Source of the DNA: Podarcis filfolensis | Taxonomy: Eukaryota | Length of the DNA stretch: 64,000 nucleotides | Assembly (NCBI GenBank): GCA_964270895.1 | Contig: OZ185438.1 | Strand: one strand, 5' to 3' | In this document: piece by piece, positions 10,800-22,351 of the stretch | Layout of the letters: every line of letters begins with the position of its first letter | How positions within the stretch are numbered: the stretch's first letter is position 1 | The notes under the pieces: generated by a model | Seen by the model: only the letters and a program-made list of their open reading frames with translations | Databases searched by the model: none | Told to the model about the DNA's origin: nothing | Translations under genes and position numbers: made by a program

Positions 10800-13757
10800 T
10801 ATGTCTATTCCCTAAGGCCTAAGCAGAACAGAATTGACAAGATTCCAGCCTTTGTGTGTCGAAACTTTTTTGCAAAGCTAAGCCCTGTGATGCGCACAAA
10901 ACTTTTATTTTGTAAACACCTTATCAGTCCACACACAAACAAAAATCACAACTGCCACGTCAAAGTAACTTGAAGTTAATCACATTACATGGAAGTTAAG
11001 AACCGAGCTATATAGGACAGTCACTGTGGGGATCAACAACCCTATGGCACCTTTGCCTCCCTGCAGAGATAACATTTGATAGTATTTACTATGTGCATCA
11101 AGATAATCAGGTAGTGAGTTGTCCTGCCCCTCCCCCTTCAATGGCCACCAATTGCGTGGAGCAGAAGCAGGAAAATTCTCCTGATGGCCCTGACTGATGC
11201 AGTGAGTACAGCTGAATCTAATAGCCGCAGGAAATGAAAACCTTGCCACAGGATGCCAATCCCCTGGCAACAGCAATATGTAATCTGGCTCCAAGACATA
11301 GTGTAATCCATTTTATCAACTATTTGTTTCTTGCACACAGGTGTTCTAAATACTGCAAATTTTAAAGAACTGATAAAATCCTGTTAGTTCAGCAAACCTA
11401 AAAGCGCAGATACTCCACCCCTCTCACCTTTTGCAAAAGCAAATGAAGATAACAGAAAACATACAATGCCCATTTTCATTTTCAGGGACCCTGTTGTACG
11501 TTCCATCCTCAAGAGAGCCTAGATTGGTGCATCCTATTTGTGGCACTCATTCCCTAGTTTTAGGCAGGCTATAAAAACTGTTTATACTGCCTGGTGTTCA
11601 TTGAGTTTGAATTCCACTCTGATTTTGTTTTGGCCACTCCTTTTTTTTAGAGAAACCACTCAATAATAAATAATAATAGTAATAGCAACTACTGAAATCT
11701 TTGAGATGTTGTTGGTGTTGTCAATAATAAAAAATAATTTTAGTAACAACAACATCCCAAAGATTTCAGTGCCTTTGAAACAATGGAGCCTTGAAGAATG
11801 AGGCATCATAGCAGGGAGTAAATGTCAACTTGGAAGAAAAAAATGCCACTGCTGGATAACGTAAAGTGTCAAGTTACGCTCAATCTTACATAAAGCTTGA
11901 CACTTGCATGCATACAAGAACAGTTGCAGTGGAGTAAATTGAATTGTGTTCCTAGATAACCCATTCCAACAGAATTCGTCCTCACATCTGCACCCGCAGG
12001 ATCACAGCAACATGGTGCTCCCTTCACAAAACAGATGTTTGCCTCCCCCGCAGCATGATATGCACCCAATCAACCTCCATGTTGAGAGACCTTTTTGTCT
12101 CCTTCCTTCTTTTATTCAAACCCTGATTTGTCCTTCCCTTCCTTCCTCACACCATTAGTTTCTTGGGCTCCAGCTGCCTCTCAAAAAGACAGCTCTTCCC
12201 TTCACCCTACTGCTTGATGAGGATGTGTATAAACTGCCCCTCCACCCACTGTATCAGCTGGGGGAATAGACAGACTGCAACTGCTTTCCTTTTAACTGAA
12301 CAGCACTTTTGAGTTTTCAGGGCTCATGGGGAGTGCACTGAAGCACAAGCATTTACTGAAACTGAAGGAAGCCACAAAAAGGAGGAGGAGGAGCAAGCAG
12401 AATGGGGCATCAGGTCTCCAGGTTCAGAAGGAAGCCTAGGATGCATTCTTCAACTACGTGAACTCTGCTGAGCACAGCTGAGAAGAGAAGACTCTCTTCA
12501 AGAGTCTTAGACCAGCCAAGTGCTCCCCAACCTTGTTCTATGCTGGATTAACAGTGTTTATCAAATACAGGCAACAACTGGTTTACACAGGGGTTACGTT
12601 CCTGCCTGCCCCCTTTCCCCAGGCACTTTCAGGTCACCGCAATGCGAGGTCACACGTCAATTGGAAGCACGCAAATCATTGCCTGTAGATCTGGATTTTA
12701 TAGATGAATATATGAATTTGTGGCCAACCCATTATGGGATAGCAACTTGTAATTAACATCTCTTATTGACTCAGTTTACCAGCCATGGCAGACCAGCCCC
12801 CACAAAGTTACACACACTCTAAAGAACACCCATTTTTCTATTATCAAGTTTGTGGGAAGGGAGAAGTAATAGGCTCTCACATCTGAAGAGGTTTAGATAC
12901 ACTGAAGCGACAAACCCTCCAATCTTTTTGTTCATTGCACACTTACTGCTGCTGAAATCACTAGAAATTAGCAGGTACTTCTTCCATTCTAATGGTGGGA
13001 AGAATACAGCCAAAATCAAGAACAAATCACCCCCAATTTTAAAAGGTAATGGGCAGCTGTTGGGGCACTAGACTGGCTCCACCAGTATGGCCAGGCTGCG
13101 TTGGCGTCACCACTGCCCAGCTCCCACATCACCCTGGTAAGCAGCAAGCAGCAGTGCTGGCAGGAGTTCAGAACTACGGTGCTGCCACACCAGCTGGCCC
13201 TGTTGATTCATGGCATAGTTTTATTCTTTACTGGTCTGATGGAAGTTGACAAGCCTATGAATGGAAAATTTGTGCACAGAACAGTTTGCTGATATGGAGG
13301 GAGAGGGCAGGCATCTACTACACAATACAGATCACCACATTGCAGTGGCTTTCTGCAAAAAAAGCAACAACACACACACAGTGTTAATGTTCACACTCTT
13401 CAAATAACTAAATGCAAGGTTTTCTGATTATTTGACTTAGCTCAACCCTCCCATTACCTGTCTTCCTTTCTCCCTGCTTAAGACAACAGAGAACCCACAC
13501 TAAGACCGACGCAACTTTTAAGCTACACAAACGACGAGCTGCAGTTGACAAATGTTTACATGAAAGAAACTTGTTTTCACTTCTTGTCAAGGGAAACTTA
13601 GTGGGCGATATGCAACATTAGTCATATTCAGAGAAGACCCACTGACATCTACTGTTATCAAATGGTCTACTCTATGACTAATGTGGTATATCACCCAGTA
13701 GGTATTGCTATGACTGTGCAGCAGCTTTTTGGAGCTGAATGCTTTAACATCTACGTA

Positions 13758-13982
13758 CAGTGGTACCTCGGATTAAGTACTTAATTCGTTCCAGAGGTCC
13801 GTTCTTAACCTGAAACTGTTCTTAACCTGAAGCACCACTTTAGCGAATGGGGCCTCCTGCTGCTGCCGCACCACCGCCACAGTGTTCTGTTCTCATCCTG
13901 AAGCAAAGTTCTTAACCCGAGGTAATATTTCTGGGTTAGTGGAGCCTGTAACCTGAAGCGTATGTAACCCGAGGTACCACTG
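13758..13982. mobile_element. Tc1/mariner (Tigger/pogo-like) MITE, family A, copy 1 (225 bp)
   Basis: TA|CAGTGGTACCTCGG...CCGAGGTACCACTG|TA: perfect 14-bp TIR with TA TSD. Homologous copies are at 48336 and 54031. Confidence 0.92.
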
Positions 13983-14064
13983 TAATGGCATCGCCATGTT
14001 TTGCTCTAAATGACTACAGGAGGCACACAGAAATTTCAAAAAGGCATATAAAAACTTTGCTTAC

Positions 14065-14248
14065 ATCTGTCATTGTCATTTTGCCCAGCAATGGCATCTT
14101 CCAAAGTGACAGACTTAGGTTTCTTTTCATTATTTCCTTTCAAGTTTTCCCAGTCTGCTTGGTTGAATCTGCAGACCTCCGGGTCTTTGGTTGCTACGTG
14201 GCCTTCTCTCTCTTTCATCTCCAACTCTGAGAAGCGCATCATTGCACG
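14065..14248 (-). CDS. BCOR: BCOR exon 6 (184 nt, phase 0/1): [61 protein letters not shown]
   Basis: Acceptor ttctctttctag|CGT at 14250-14249 and donor AGAT|gtaagc at 14064-14063. Near-identical to the recalled human exon 6 peptide. Confidence 0.96.
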
Positions 14249-14634
14249 CTAGAAAGAGAATTGATATGGGGAAGAAAGACACCTCACAATAAGAGCTACT
14301 TCATTTACCTTAGCTTCTATGAAAAGTATTTCCAAAAGAAAATATCTGCTCAAACCCAAAGTTTTGAGAAACACGCAATTCTATATAAAGTTTTAAAATG
14401 CCATGTGTTCAATATGCAAGGCATGTAGTATCTATGCACAAATGATATACAGTTCTTCCATATATAAAAGTAAATAACATTATATATATATATCTATTTA
14501 TATATATATGTGTATTAAAAAGCATTGTCTTTTGAGAGGTATAACAAAGAAACAAAACATAAACTGTACAATGAATAAAGACGACCATGGCCCACAACTT
14601 CCCTTTGTGTACTTGGAAATGAAATTTTAACTCA

Positions 14635-14782
14635 NNNNNNNNNNNNNNNNNNNNNNNNNNNNNNNNNNNNNNNNNNNNNNNNNNNNNNNNNNNNNNNNNN
14701 NNNNNNNNNNNNNNNNNNNNNNNNNNNNNNNNNNNNNNNNNNNNNNNNNNNNNNNNNNNNNNNNNNNNNNNNNNNNNNNNNN
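14635..14782. other. Assembly gap (148 N), probable location of BCOR exon 5
   Basis: N-run between exons 4 and 6. Exon 5 (MEGLQEDSILCLPAAYCE in human) was not found in the sequenced flanks. Confidence 0.7.
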
Positions 14783-15365
14783 TCATCCATTTTTATAAGC
14801 ATCAACTAATTCTTTCTTTTTTTAACAACGCAAAACAATTTGGCTTAACTCATTCTTTCACAAATCTAAAAAATAACCTACAATACTTGCCATCATTCAA
14901 CGTCAAATTCACTACAGCTTCTATTCCTTTAAGCTACATTTCTGCTTGGTAAAGAAGTTGCATTAAACCCGCTAACATATGGCTGCTACTCCTTTTTAAT
15001 CAAATGTCCTGTATGAAATAATCATCAGAACTTCTGCCTTTCCTTTGTTATTTAATAGTGCTAGCCAAACACAGGCAAGCTATAGCAAACCTTTAAAAAC
15101 AAACATGTCATGCATTCTTCAGCTTCCTTTCACTACTACATGTTATGCTTATGAGATTAAATTATTTGTTACACCAATTAACTACATAAAATTCTTATCT
15201 ATTAATGCTCCAATACCCCTGGCTTCATAGCAGAACCTGAATATACACAAGATTACCACTGCTAGTTAAGTTCAAGATAGACTTATAGAGTTGTACATAT
15301 TTCATTCTCAACTGTGAACTGTGTTTTTTTAAAAACTGCTTTGGTAGTTAAGCCTCAGAACTCAC

Positions 15366-18170
15366 CTGCAGAGCCCGCTGTTCTCGACTAAGTTGGCTAG
15401 AATCTGCATACAGTTCTGTCGTAACACACTTGAATCGATCACCTACGTAACCAGCAGAGTTTGCAATTCTCTTTGCCAGGTTAGATGGCTTAGGTTTCAG
15501 GAATTTGCCGTCATTAGGTTCCGCACCCTCAGTTCCCTCTTTGGCATATGCCTGACTGACTTCCATACTTGACTGCGTGTTTCCCATACAAAGCTGTTTA
15601 GCATCATCTGGCATTTTGCAAAAGGACATAGCTAGGCCATCGTTGCCGTGAGCAGCCTCCAAGAACACAGAGGAAGTGGGAACTGTTAACCTCTCCCTAT
15701 TCTGGCTCAAGGAAAGGTCCTCTTTCCTTAAGTTGAACATTGATGGGTGTGGGTTCTGGGCTTGCTTGAAGTTATAAACTTCATGGAAATTGCTTCTCCC
15801 ACAGTCTTCTCTCATCACAATGAAATCTCTGTGGGGGAAGCCTTGTTCTACCTTGTGCTTTGTGGGGTCGCTTGCTTGATTACTGCTTTCAACAGGAAAG
15901 CTAGGTTTCGTCAGGTTCGATTCACCTTTCACATCTTGCTCCTCTCTCGGTTCTGCAAACAGGTGCTTGTCACTTTTGGTAGTATTTTTACCATGACTTG
16001 AACTTTGGTGCAATTTCACGTTTCTGTCTGCAGGTACTTCAAAATGTAGTTTTGTGCTGGTTTCCAGCATCTCGGGCAATCGGTTTCTCAAGGCAGGGTC
16101 TTCATAACGGAGCCGTTCATGCGATCTAGACCTCCTTTCCGATTTCTCATCTTTCAGCTCCAAAGCTGTATGGGGTAACAGCATTGGGTGTACCATACCC
16201 ATACCCAAAGCATCCTGGTAGGTCATGAACTCACCTCTGCTGGCTGGCAGGCTGTATGGAATGGTAGGTTTGGGAGCTAGATGTCCAGGGAAAAGACTCC
16301 CATTGGGTAACAGAACAGGGTGAGGATATACAGGTCCTTTCCCATGTAGAGACAAAGGGCCTATACCTAAGCCTTCTGGAACTGGATATGGGAGATAGCT
16401 TCTCGGATAGGGCAATGGTGGAGATCGGAATGCATCATTGGGAGGGAAAAATATGGAAGTTGGTGCAAGGGTGTTCTCATTTGCTTTGAAGATAGGTTCT
16501 GGATTATTGCATTTAGCTGCCTTATTACTATGCTTTGAAGATGCTGCTGCTAAAGGTTGTCCTATGTGCTGTATGACAGATGCAGTGGTCTCTACTGAGC
16601 TAGTCGTCTTAGGGCAATCGACATTGGCATTTGGAGCAGGAGAAGCAGATGCTGGGCGACCTCCGCTTGATACAGACCCTGAAATATTACTGACAACTGC
16701 TTCTGTACCCCCCATCCTAGGGCAAGAAGAACTCCGTTGTTGTGGCGTCACCCAGTCCAATGCTTTGTTTTTCAACTGCATGTTTTTACCACCGTTATCT
16801 TCATTGGGACCTGGACCAGGAACAACCCAGGAGGAAGGCGCCGTGCTGATTATTTCAGGTCTATAGACAGGGCAACCACTTCCAGGAGAAATGGTTTCTT
16901 TTGGAAGATCACCTCCGGGTAAAACCAAGCCACTTCCGGCCCTGCTATGAACCAGCACAGTTGGCGCCATTTTCTTAACGTGATCAGATTTGGTTGTCTC
17001 CATGTCAACAACTTTTGATGACAAATCCAATGGTTTGTCTATAATCTCTTTGGTAACAGTTTGTTGTTTTTCTAACAGTGGAGGGGATCTGCTGTCCTTC
17101 CTGTCGTGACCTGTTTTCCTTGCATGCACTGTAGGCTGCTGAGAGATTTCGCCTGTGTCGTGTGTTTTAGGAGCTTTCCCCCCGGAGACTCTTGGAGGAA
17201 ACTCATTGCTTACATTCACGTATGGCTTTGGGAGTGTAACTGAAGAAGGAGACGTCGAAATCCTGGAAAAGTGTTTCTGAAACTCCGAGTAAGCGTCCCC
17301 AACCTGCGTCGGGAGGTGAACTCTAGGTGATGGTCTCGGCGAATGAGACAAGAGAACAGTGGGGTCTGTTGGCATATTACTAGCCGCTGGCTTTGCAGAT
17401 GGGACTCTAGGAGGCTTGCTGTTCTGGATATGTGGATAGGCATGAGAGTCCACAGGAGTTCCGGGACCGACTCCCATCTTCCAAGACAAACTCTTTTCTG
17501 GACAGTGTCCTAGAGGGGGAATAGCTGGAGCTGCAGTTGCAGCAGAGATCCTCATCGGTGAAGCTAATGATGACGGAATGTGGGGAGCAACGTAATGAGA
17601 AGGTGGCAAGTATAAAAAACGTTCACCATTTGTACATACGGGCGAGTAGGTCAGATGCTGTGGCAAGCTGTAATTGGACTGCTGAGGTAGCAAGGCCTTA
17701 TACATGTTCAACGAATACTTATTTGGTGATTCGAGAAAAGGATAAATAGCACCCTCCATGTAAGGATTTACCCAGGGTAGCCTTAGGTAACTAGCACCAT
17801 TGACATTGAGAGGACTCGGTTTGTCGCTTGAGCTTCTGTCCAAGCCTAAGGTCTCCCCAGTCGGAAGCGAACTTTTTTGTATTCCAGGTGGCGTTTTGTA
17901 CATAGCACTGAAGCCATTTGGGGGTTTTCCAGCTGCATTTTCAATTGCTTCAGTGGGATTAGACTTGAACTGCATCTCTGGATTTCTTTCAGGAGCAAAT
18001 CCAAGGCCAGCAATAGCACTTGTAGCGTCCCGGGGCTTGTCTGAGCCAAGTCCACATAAACTGGAATAGACAATACTGCTGGGGACTCTAAGCCCTTCCC
18101 GCATAAGTCCAGACCGGTCCATGCTCAGAGCTGCAAGGCTGTCAATGCGATGCACTGCCGTGGCATCCAC
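15366..18170 (-). CDS. BCOR: BCOR exon 4 (2805 nt, 935 codons, phase 0/0)
   Basis: Body of ORF 15348-18203. Acceptor tttcttatttcacaaag|GTG at 18172-18171 and donor CTGCAG|gtgagt at 15365-15364. Contains [15 protein letters not shown], the BCL6-binding peptide and [36 protein letters not shown]. Confidence 0.98.
16812..16862 (-). other. BCOR: BCL6-binding domain peptide [17 protein letters not shown]
   Basis: Matches the human [20 protein letters not shown] (residues 498-514, from memory) at 16 of 17 positions. Confidence 0.92.
17019..17033 (-). other. BCOR: CtBP-binding PXDLS motif (PLDLS)
   Basis: Translates DKPLDLSSK, the canonical PLDLS motif. Confidence 0.85.
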
Positions 18171-18729
18171 CTTTGTGAAATAAGAAAGAGGTGACTTTGG
18201 CATTTAGTCAAGTACTAGTCAAGACTACAGGTACTTTAAAAAAAACATTGCGGTAAACAAAATTAAGCAAATACATTGTTTTCATTGTGAAAAACTAATG
18301 TGGGCTGATTAAACTGATAAATGCAGAGGAATAAAGTAAATCAAATTTTAAAATTTTAGCCTGCTTCATTCTTCTGTCTGTGGAGTCTGAGTCCTGCCAA
18401 GTTTGATTATTATTTTTTAAGTAAGATTAGTTAAATAGGTCTCTAGATCCTTTCATACTTAGCAAAACATCTACATGGATTTTAGGATAATATCCTTAAA
18501 TCTTTGCTACTCAACCAACTGTCCCATTTAAAAAAATTGATTTCCAGAACCATGTGTGTACTCGCTTCCAACAAGGGACATTTCATAAGGTATGCTTCCG
18601 GGGAGGGGGGACCCTCAGATGCAAAGTTATTTATATTCCAAAAATCATTTAAATCAAATAATGACACTGAGATGTTTTTTTAAAACTTCTGTTCCTCTGC
18701 TTATTGATAGCCAAAATAAGTGATATTTA

Positions 18730-18818
18730 GGCTGCAATCCTATATATACTTACCTGGGAGAAAGTCCCACTGAACTCAATGGGGCTGACTTCCAAGTAGA
18801 CACATATAGCATTGTGCG
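18730..18818 (+). mobile_element. Short palindromic MITE family, best copy (89 bp) with TTA TSD (PIF/Harbinger-like)
   Basis: TTA|GGCTGCAATCC...ATAGCATTGTGCG|TTA. A 3-bp TTA direct repeat (18727-18729, 18819-18821) is typical of PIF/Harbinger elements. Confidence 0.75.
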
Positions 18819-18955
18819 TTAATAACTTTCACAGGCCAGCAGAGGAGCTAAACTACTGCCTTTCCCAGCATCCTCATATGAACAAAGAGGAGCTTGCAGG
18901 AAAGGAGAAAGCAAGATCGCGTCATGTAGTTGTATTACAGGAGACCTCTGGGTAT

Positions 18956-19156
18956 NNNNNNNNNNNNNNNNNNNNNNNNNNNNNNNNNNNNNNNNNNNNN
19001 NNNNNNNNNNNNNNNNNNNNNNNNNNNNNNNNNNNNNNNNNNNNNNNNNNNNNNNNNNNNNNNNNNNNNNNNNNNNNNNNNNNNNNNNNNNNNNNNNNNN
19101 NNNNNNNNNNNNNNNNNNNNNNNNNNNNNNNNNNNNNNNNNNNNNNNNNNNNNNNN
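18956..19156. other. Assembly gap (201 N) in BCOR intron 3
   Basis: N-run. Confidence 0.95.
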
Positions 19157-19898
19157 CTCTCCTCTGTTCCAAATGTTTGCTCCTACACAAGATGAGAGAA
19201 AGTAGGCTACCCAATTCTAAGCAGCAAAACACACTACAGTGAAAGCAGGCAAAGGCCTTGCCTCCACAGTCCTTCTAAGCCCCAAGAAAAAACAGCAGCC
19301 CTGGGCAGTGCTTTTTCCCGGGGGTACTCAGGGGTACGCAGCCCCAACACCCTTTTTTTCTAGAATAAAAGCATTGGCCCTGGGGCACTTTCTCTCCAAT
19401 CTCATTCCTAAACACCCAGCCAGCCCTAAACTGCAGATTGTACTAGTTCTAGTTCTTCCAATTTTCTTATATTTATATCCCACCATTCTTTCAAGAAGCC
19501 TGTGGCATCTTTAGGATCATCTTTAGGTGGTTCCTCTCTAGACACTGAAACTATAGCAAAGGCTCACACACCCCATTCTGTCCACCCAAGGCTACCAGCT
19601 GTCAGTCACTGACATTCTCAAAAGGCTAACTGAAATATGCCAAGCAATGTTATTTAGAGCAATCATGACTTAGAGTGTTCATGATGTGCTATTAAGCATA
19701 TGACGAAGTAAAAAAATGCTTAAGACTCAGATACTAGAAATATATACAAAAGGATGCAACCGTAACCCGATATTTGAATGCCACCTCTGGTTTAACAGCA
19801 ACTTTCATCAGTCCCAAATAGTTATTTGAAACGGAAGCCATAGCACAAAAATCCAGTGAAAAACCTTTTGTCATCAAAGGGAACTATCAGTTTCTTAC

Positions 19899-19977
19899 CA
19901 CACTGTGGTTCAGGTGATTTTCTTCCCTCAATTCCAACCTGCTTTTCGAAGCATCTCCATCATTAACTGGGATTTTC
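19899..19977 (-). CDS. BCOR: BCOR exon 3 (79 nt, phase 2/0): (R)[26 protein letters not shown]
   Basis: Acceptor aaatag|GAAA at 19979-19978 and donor GTG|gtaaga at 19898-19897. Same length as recalled for human exon 3. Confidence 0.96.
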
Positions 19978-20965
19978 CTATTTTCAAGAGATATTTTTAA
20001 AAAGTGACTTACAGACACAACGTTAATGGTTTGACATTTTGATCTGACTGCAGTGTTTCTATTAAATTACCTTTATCAATACATCAGTGCAGAAGAAAAT
20101 TAACAGATTTGCCCTCTAATTGGGCTTTTTTTTTCCTCTATAGAGTTCAGGGATGAAAAAATGTTTTTGGACTTTATTTCCAGTTAAGGAGTTTTGCTAA
20201 AGCAATACATGGTAGTAAATACTCTTTCTTTATTTATTTAGAAACAAACAACCCTGTATAGTATCGTTTATATACAGATATATACACACACACACACACA
20301 TATATACAGAGACAGGAAAAACCCACACACTTCTAATATCATACAAATGTCAGCTGTTCAGTGCTGAAGAAGGAACCATACATCTGTGTGTTAGCAGCGT
20401 AGCAGCTCAGGGACTTGTTATCACAGAAAACACAGATAAAAGAATGCACCTCAGTGCCAACTTTCAAATCCCAGGGACACAATTGCTGACATACAGCAGA
20501 AGGGAAGTTTCATCATTACCCAGAAGGATATTTAAAGTGGTGGCACTATCAATTTTTAAAGTAAAAGCAACACCCACATTTTTGCCCTGTTTCCAGCTAT
20601 TATTGTTACAACCCACACCTACTGGAATAGCCACAGGATGCAATTGGATAGAAACAGAACAATAGCATTTTGCTCATGTGCACCTCCTTCCTTTGACATT
20701 TGATAACAATATACACAGCCATGGCATTCCCCCTCAGTGTCTCGGAACTCATAATTTTCGCGTGCTGTTTTCAAACAATCAGAGAAAGTTATTAAATGAC
20801 CCAATGCTGTCCTGATTTTATTTTCTATAGGGTGCAAGTCTGACCAAAAGTACTTGCAAACACAGTGTGCTTGCTTCATTTTAATAATTAGAAGTAAAGA
20901 ATTATAGCATTGTCCACTATTTTGTAAAGTCTCTTTAAAAAACTGTGTTTGGTATGCTTTTACAA

Positions 20966-21091
20966 GGCCCCAATCCAGAGAAAGTTAGCCCTGCTTCAGT
21001 CTCGTTGCAGCGAATGTGGCTTAGATTAATCATGACTAACTTGCCCCATTCATTTCAATGAAGAATGACGAATGGTTTCTGAACTGGGGCC
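20966..21091. mobile_element. Small MITE-like element with 14-bp imperfect TIR
   Basis: GGCCCCAATCCAGA (20966-20979) versus TCTGAACTGGGGCC (21078-21091), 2 mismatches. The TSD is not clear. Confidence 0.4.
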
Positions 21092-21650
21092 AAACTCTGA
21101 CCTTTGTGCTAGTTTATGGAAAGTTATAGAAATATCTAATTGCTGGGCAAATTATCTTAAGTTGCAGGCCACATAATGTGGACCAATTAAAATTAAAAAC
21201 CTGAATCCATGTTGTTCTTGTCTTTTTCACAAATAAAAATAATAAACTAAAAATAATAAAATAATAAACTTACAGGGACAACCTTAAGCATGCATGCCAT
21301 GAAATAAGTTTCATTAAAAATCATAGACGTTTGCTTTCCAGTAAATGCACTGAAGATTGGGAGAGAATGTATGTAATATATGTGAGGAAGAGGTGACTTT
21401 GGGAGCTAATCTTTTATAAGCCCCCTTCTGGTTTCCTGAGCAACTCTGATTGTTAAAACAGTACACGAAGGGAGAGTCTGCGCCCATAACATCTCTCTTC
21501 TCCAACTCTTGTCTCATAAAAGAGCTCTCCATGAGTTATCTCCATGCAAGCTATTAAAAAAAGAGCTATACGCTAAGACAAATTAACGCTGAAACCCCCT
21601 TCTCCAGAAACACCGCATGGTTTAACTTTCCTGAAACTTAAAATATTTAC

Positions 21651-21736
21651 CTCTCTTCGTTAATCCCACACATGCGGACTCTCTCATTGCTCATCCAGCT
21701 ATGAACGTTGCCATACAGGGGAGTTGCAGAAAGCAT
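21651..21736 (-). CDS. BCOR: BCOR exon 2 coding part (86 nt): [28 protein letters not shown](R)
   Basis: ATG at 21736-21734 and donor GAG|gtaaat at 21650-21649. The N-terminus is almost identical to human BCOR. Confidence 0.97.
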
Positions 21737-21781
21737 GACTTCACCTTAAAACAGAGGCTTTTCTTCACACGTGTGTATAAT
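21737..21781 (-). other. BCOR: BCOR exon 2 5'UTR part (45 nt)
   Basis: A long pyrimidine tract cttcttttttttttctttcccaccaattag ends at AG 21783-21782. No upstream ATG occurs in these 45 nt. Confidence 0.7.
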
Positions 21782-22351
21782 CTAATTGGTGGGAAAGAAA
21801 AAAAAAGAAGTTGAGAAGATTGACCGCGGAGGAAGGGCAGACATCATAGTGGAATCACCGGTCTCCCTCGAGATAATTAACAAGGAATATAGGCTTGGTA
21901 CAAGGTCGTGAGCAGCCAGAGTTAAAACACATGTAACAAAAAGTAGGAAGTTGAGGGAATGCACTGGTCAGAAATGCTATAAATCTAACGTTGTGCAGGA
22001 CAGGGGAAGAATGTTACTCCCATTGAGTTTAATTTGAAATAAAAACAATTACACACCCATCAGGAAAGCACACCTTACTTGTAATGAAGCCAGAGATATT
22101 TGCTTGATACTCAAGCGAATTACATCTCAGGAATTCATGGTGCACACAGACAAGCAAATGAAAACCAACTGGGACATTATAGCGTTTAGTTACCACACTA
22201 CTGATTAAAATTGCTTAAGGTGGCATACAAAAAAATAAGAGACTTTTGCAAAAACCCACACACACAACAATATACCCATAAAACTTAGTAAGAAAACAGG
22301 ACCAGCAAAAACCCACCCAAAAGTAAATGCTTTTGGATCCTATTGATTTCA

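Larger units (their letters stand above)
777..21781 (-). other. BCOR: BCOR gene, partial model (exons 2-8 by human numbering); 3' part lies beyond the window start, non-coding exon 1 not located
   Basis: Spliced translation starts [24 protein letters not shown] and runs in frame through 86+79+2805+(54 predicted)+184+279+354 nt. It ends in phase 1, as recalled for human exon 8. All visible junctions are AG/GT. Confidence 0.98.

Noticed and set aside
14283-14300. ACCTCACAATAAGAGC resembling the end of exon 5
   Set aside because: The upstream sequence does not encode MEGLQEDSIL and has no acceptor. It lies in the exon 6 branch/pyrimidine region.
15348-15365. ORF tail VSSEA-stop
   Set aside because: It is read-through into intron 4 past a consensus CAG|GTGAGT donor.
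15747-16922. Plus-strand ORFs overlapping exon 4 (15747, 16438, 16737)
   Set aside because: These are antisense shadows of coding sequence with no recognisable homology.
18171-18203. In-frame ATG ([11 protein letters not shown]) extending the exon 4 ORF
   Set aside because: It is intron 3 sequence (pyrimidine tract and AG). The true N-terminus comes from exons 2-3 and the ATG context is weak.
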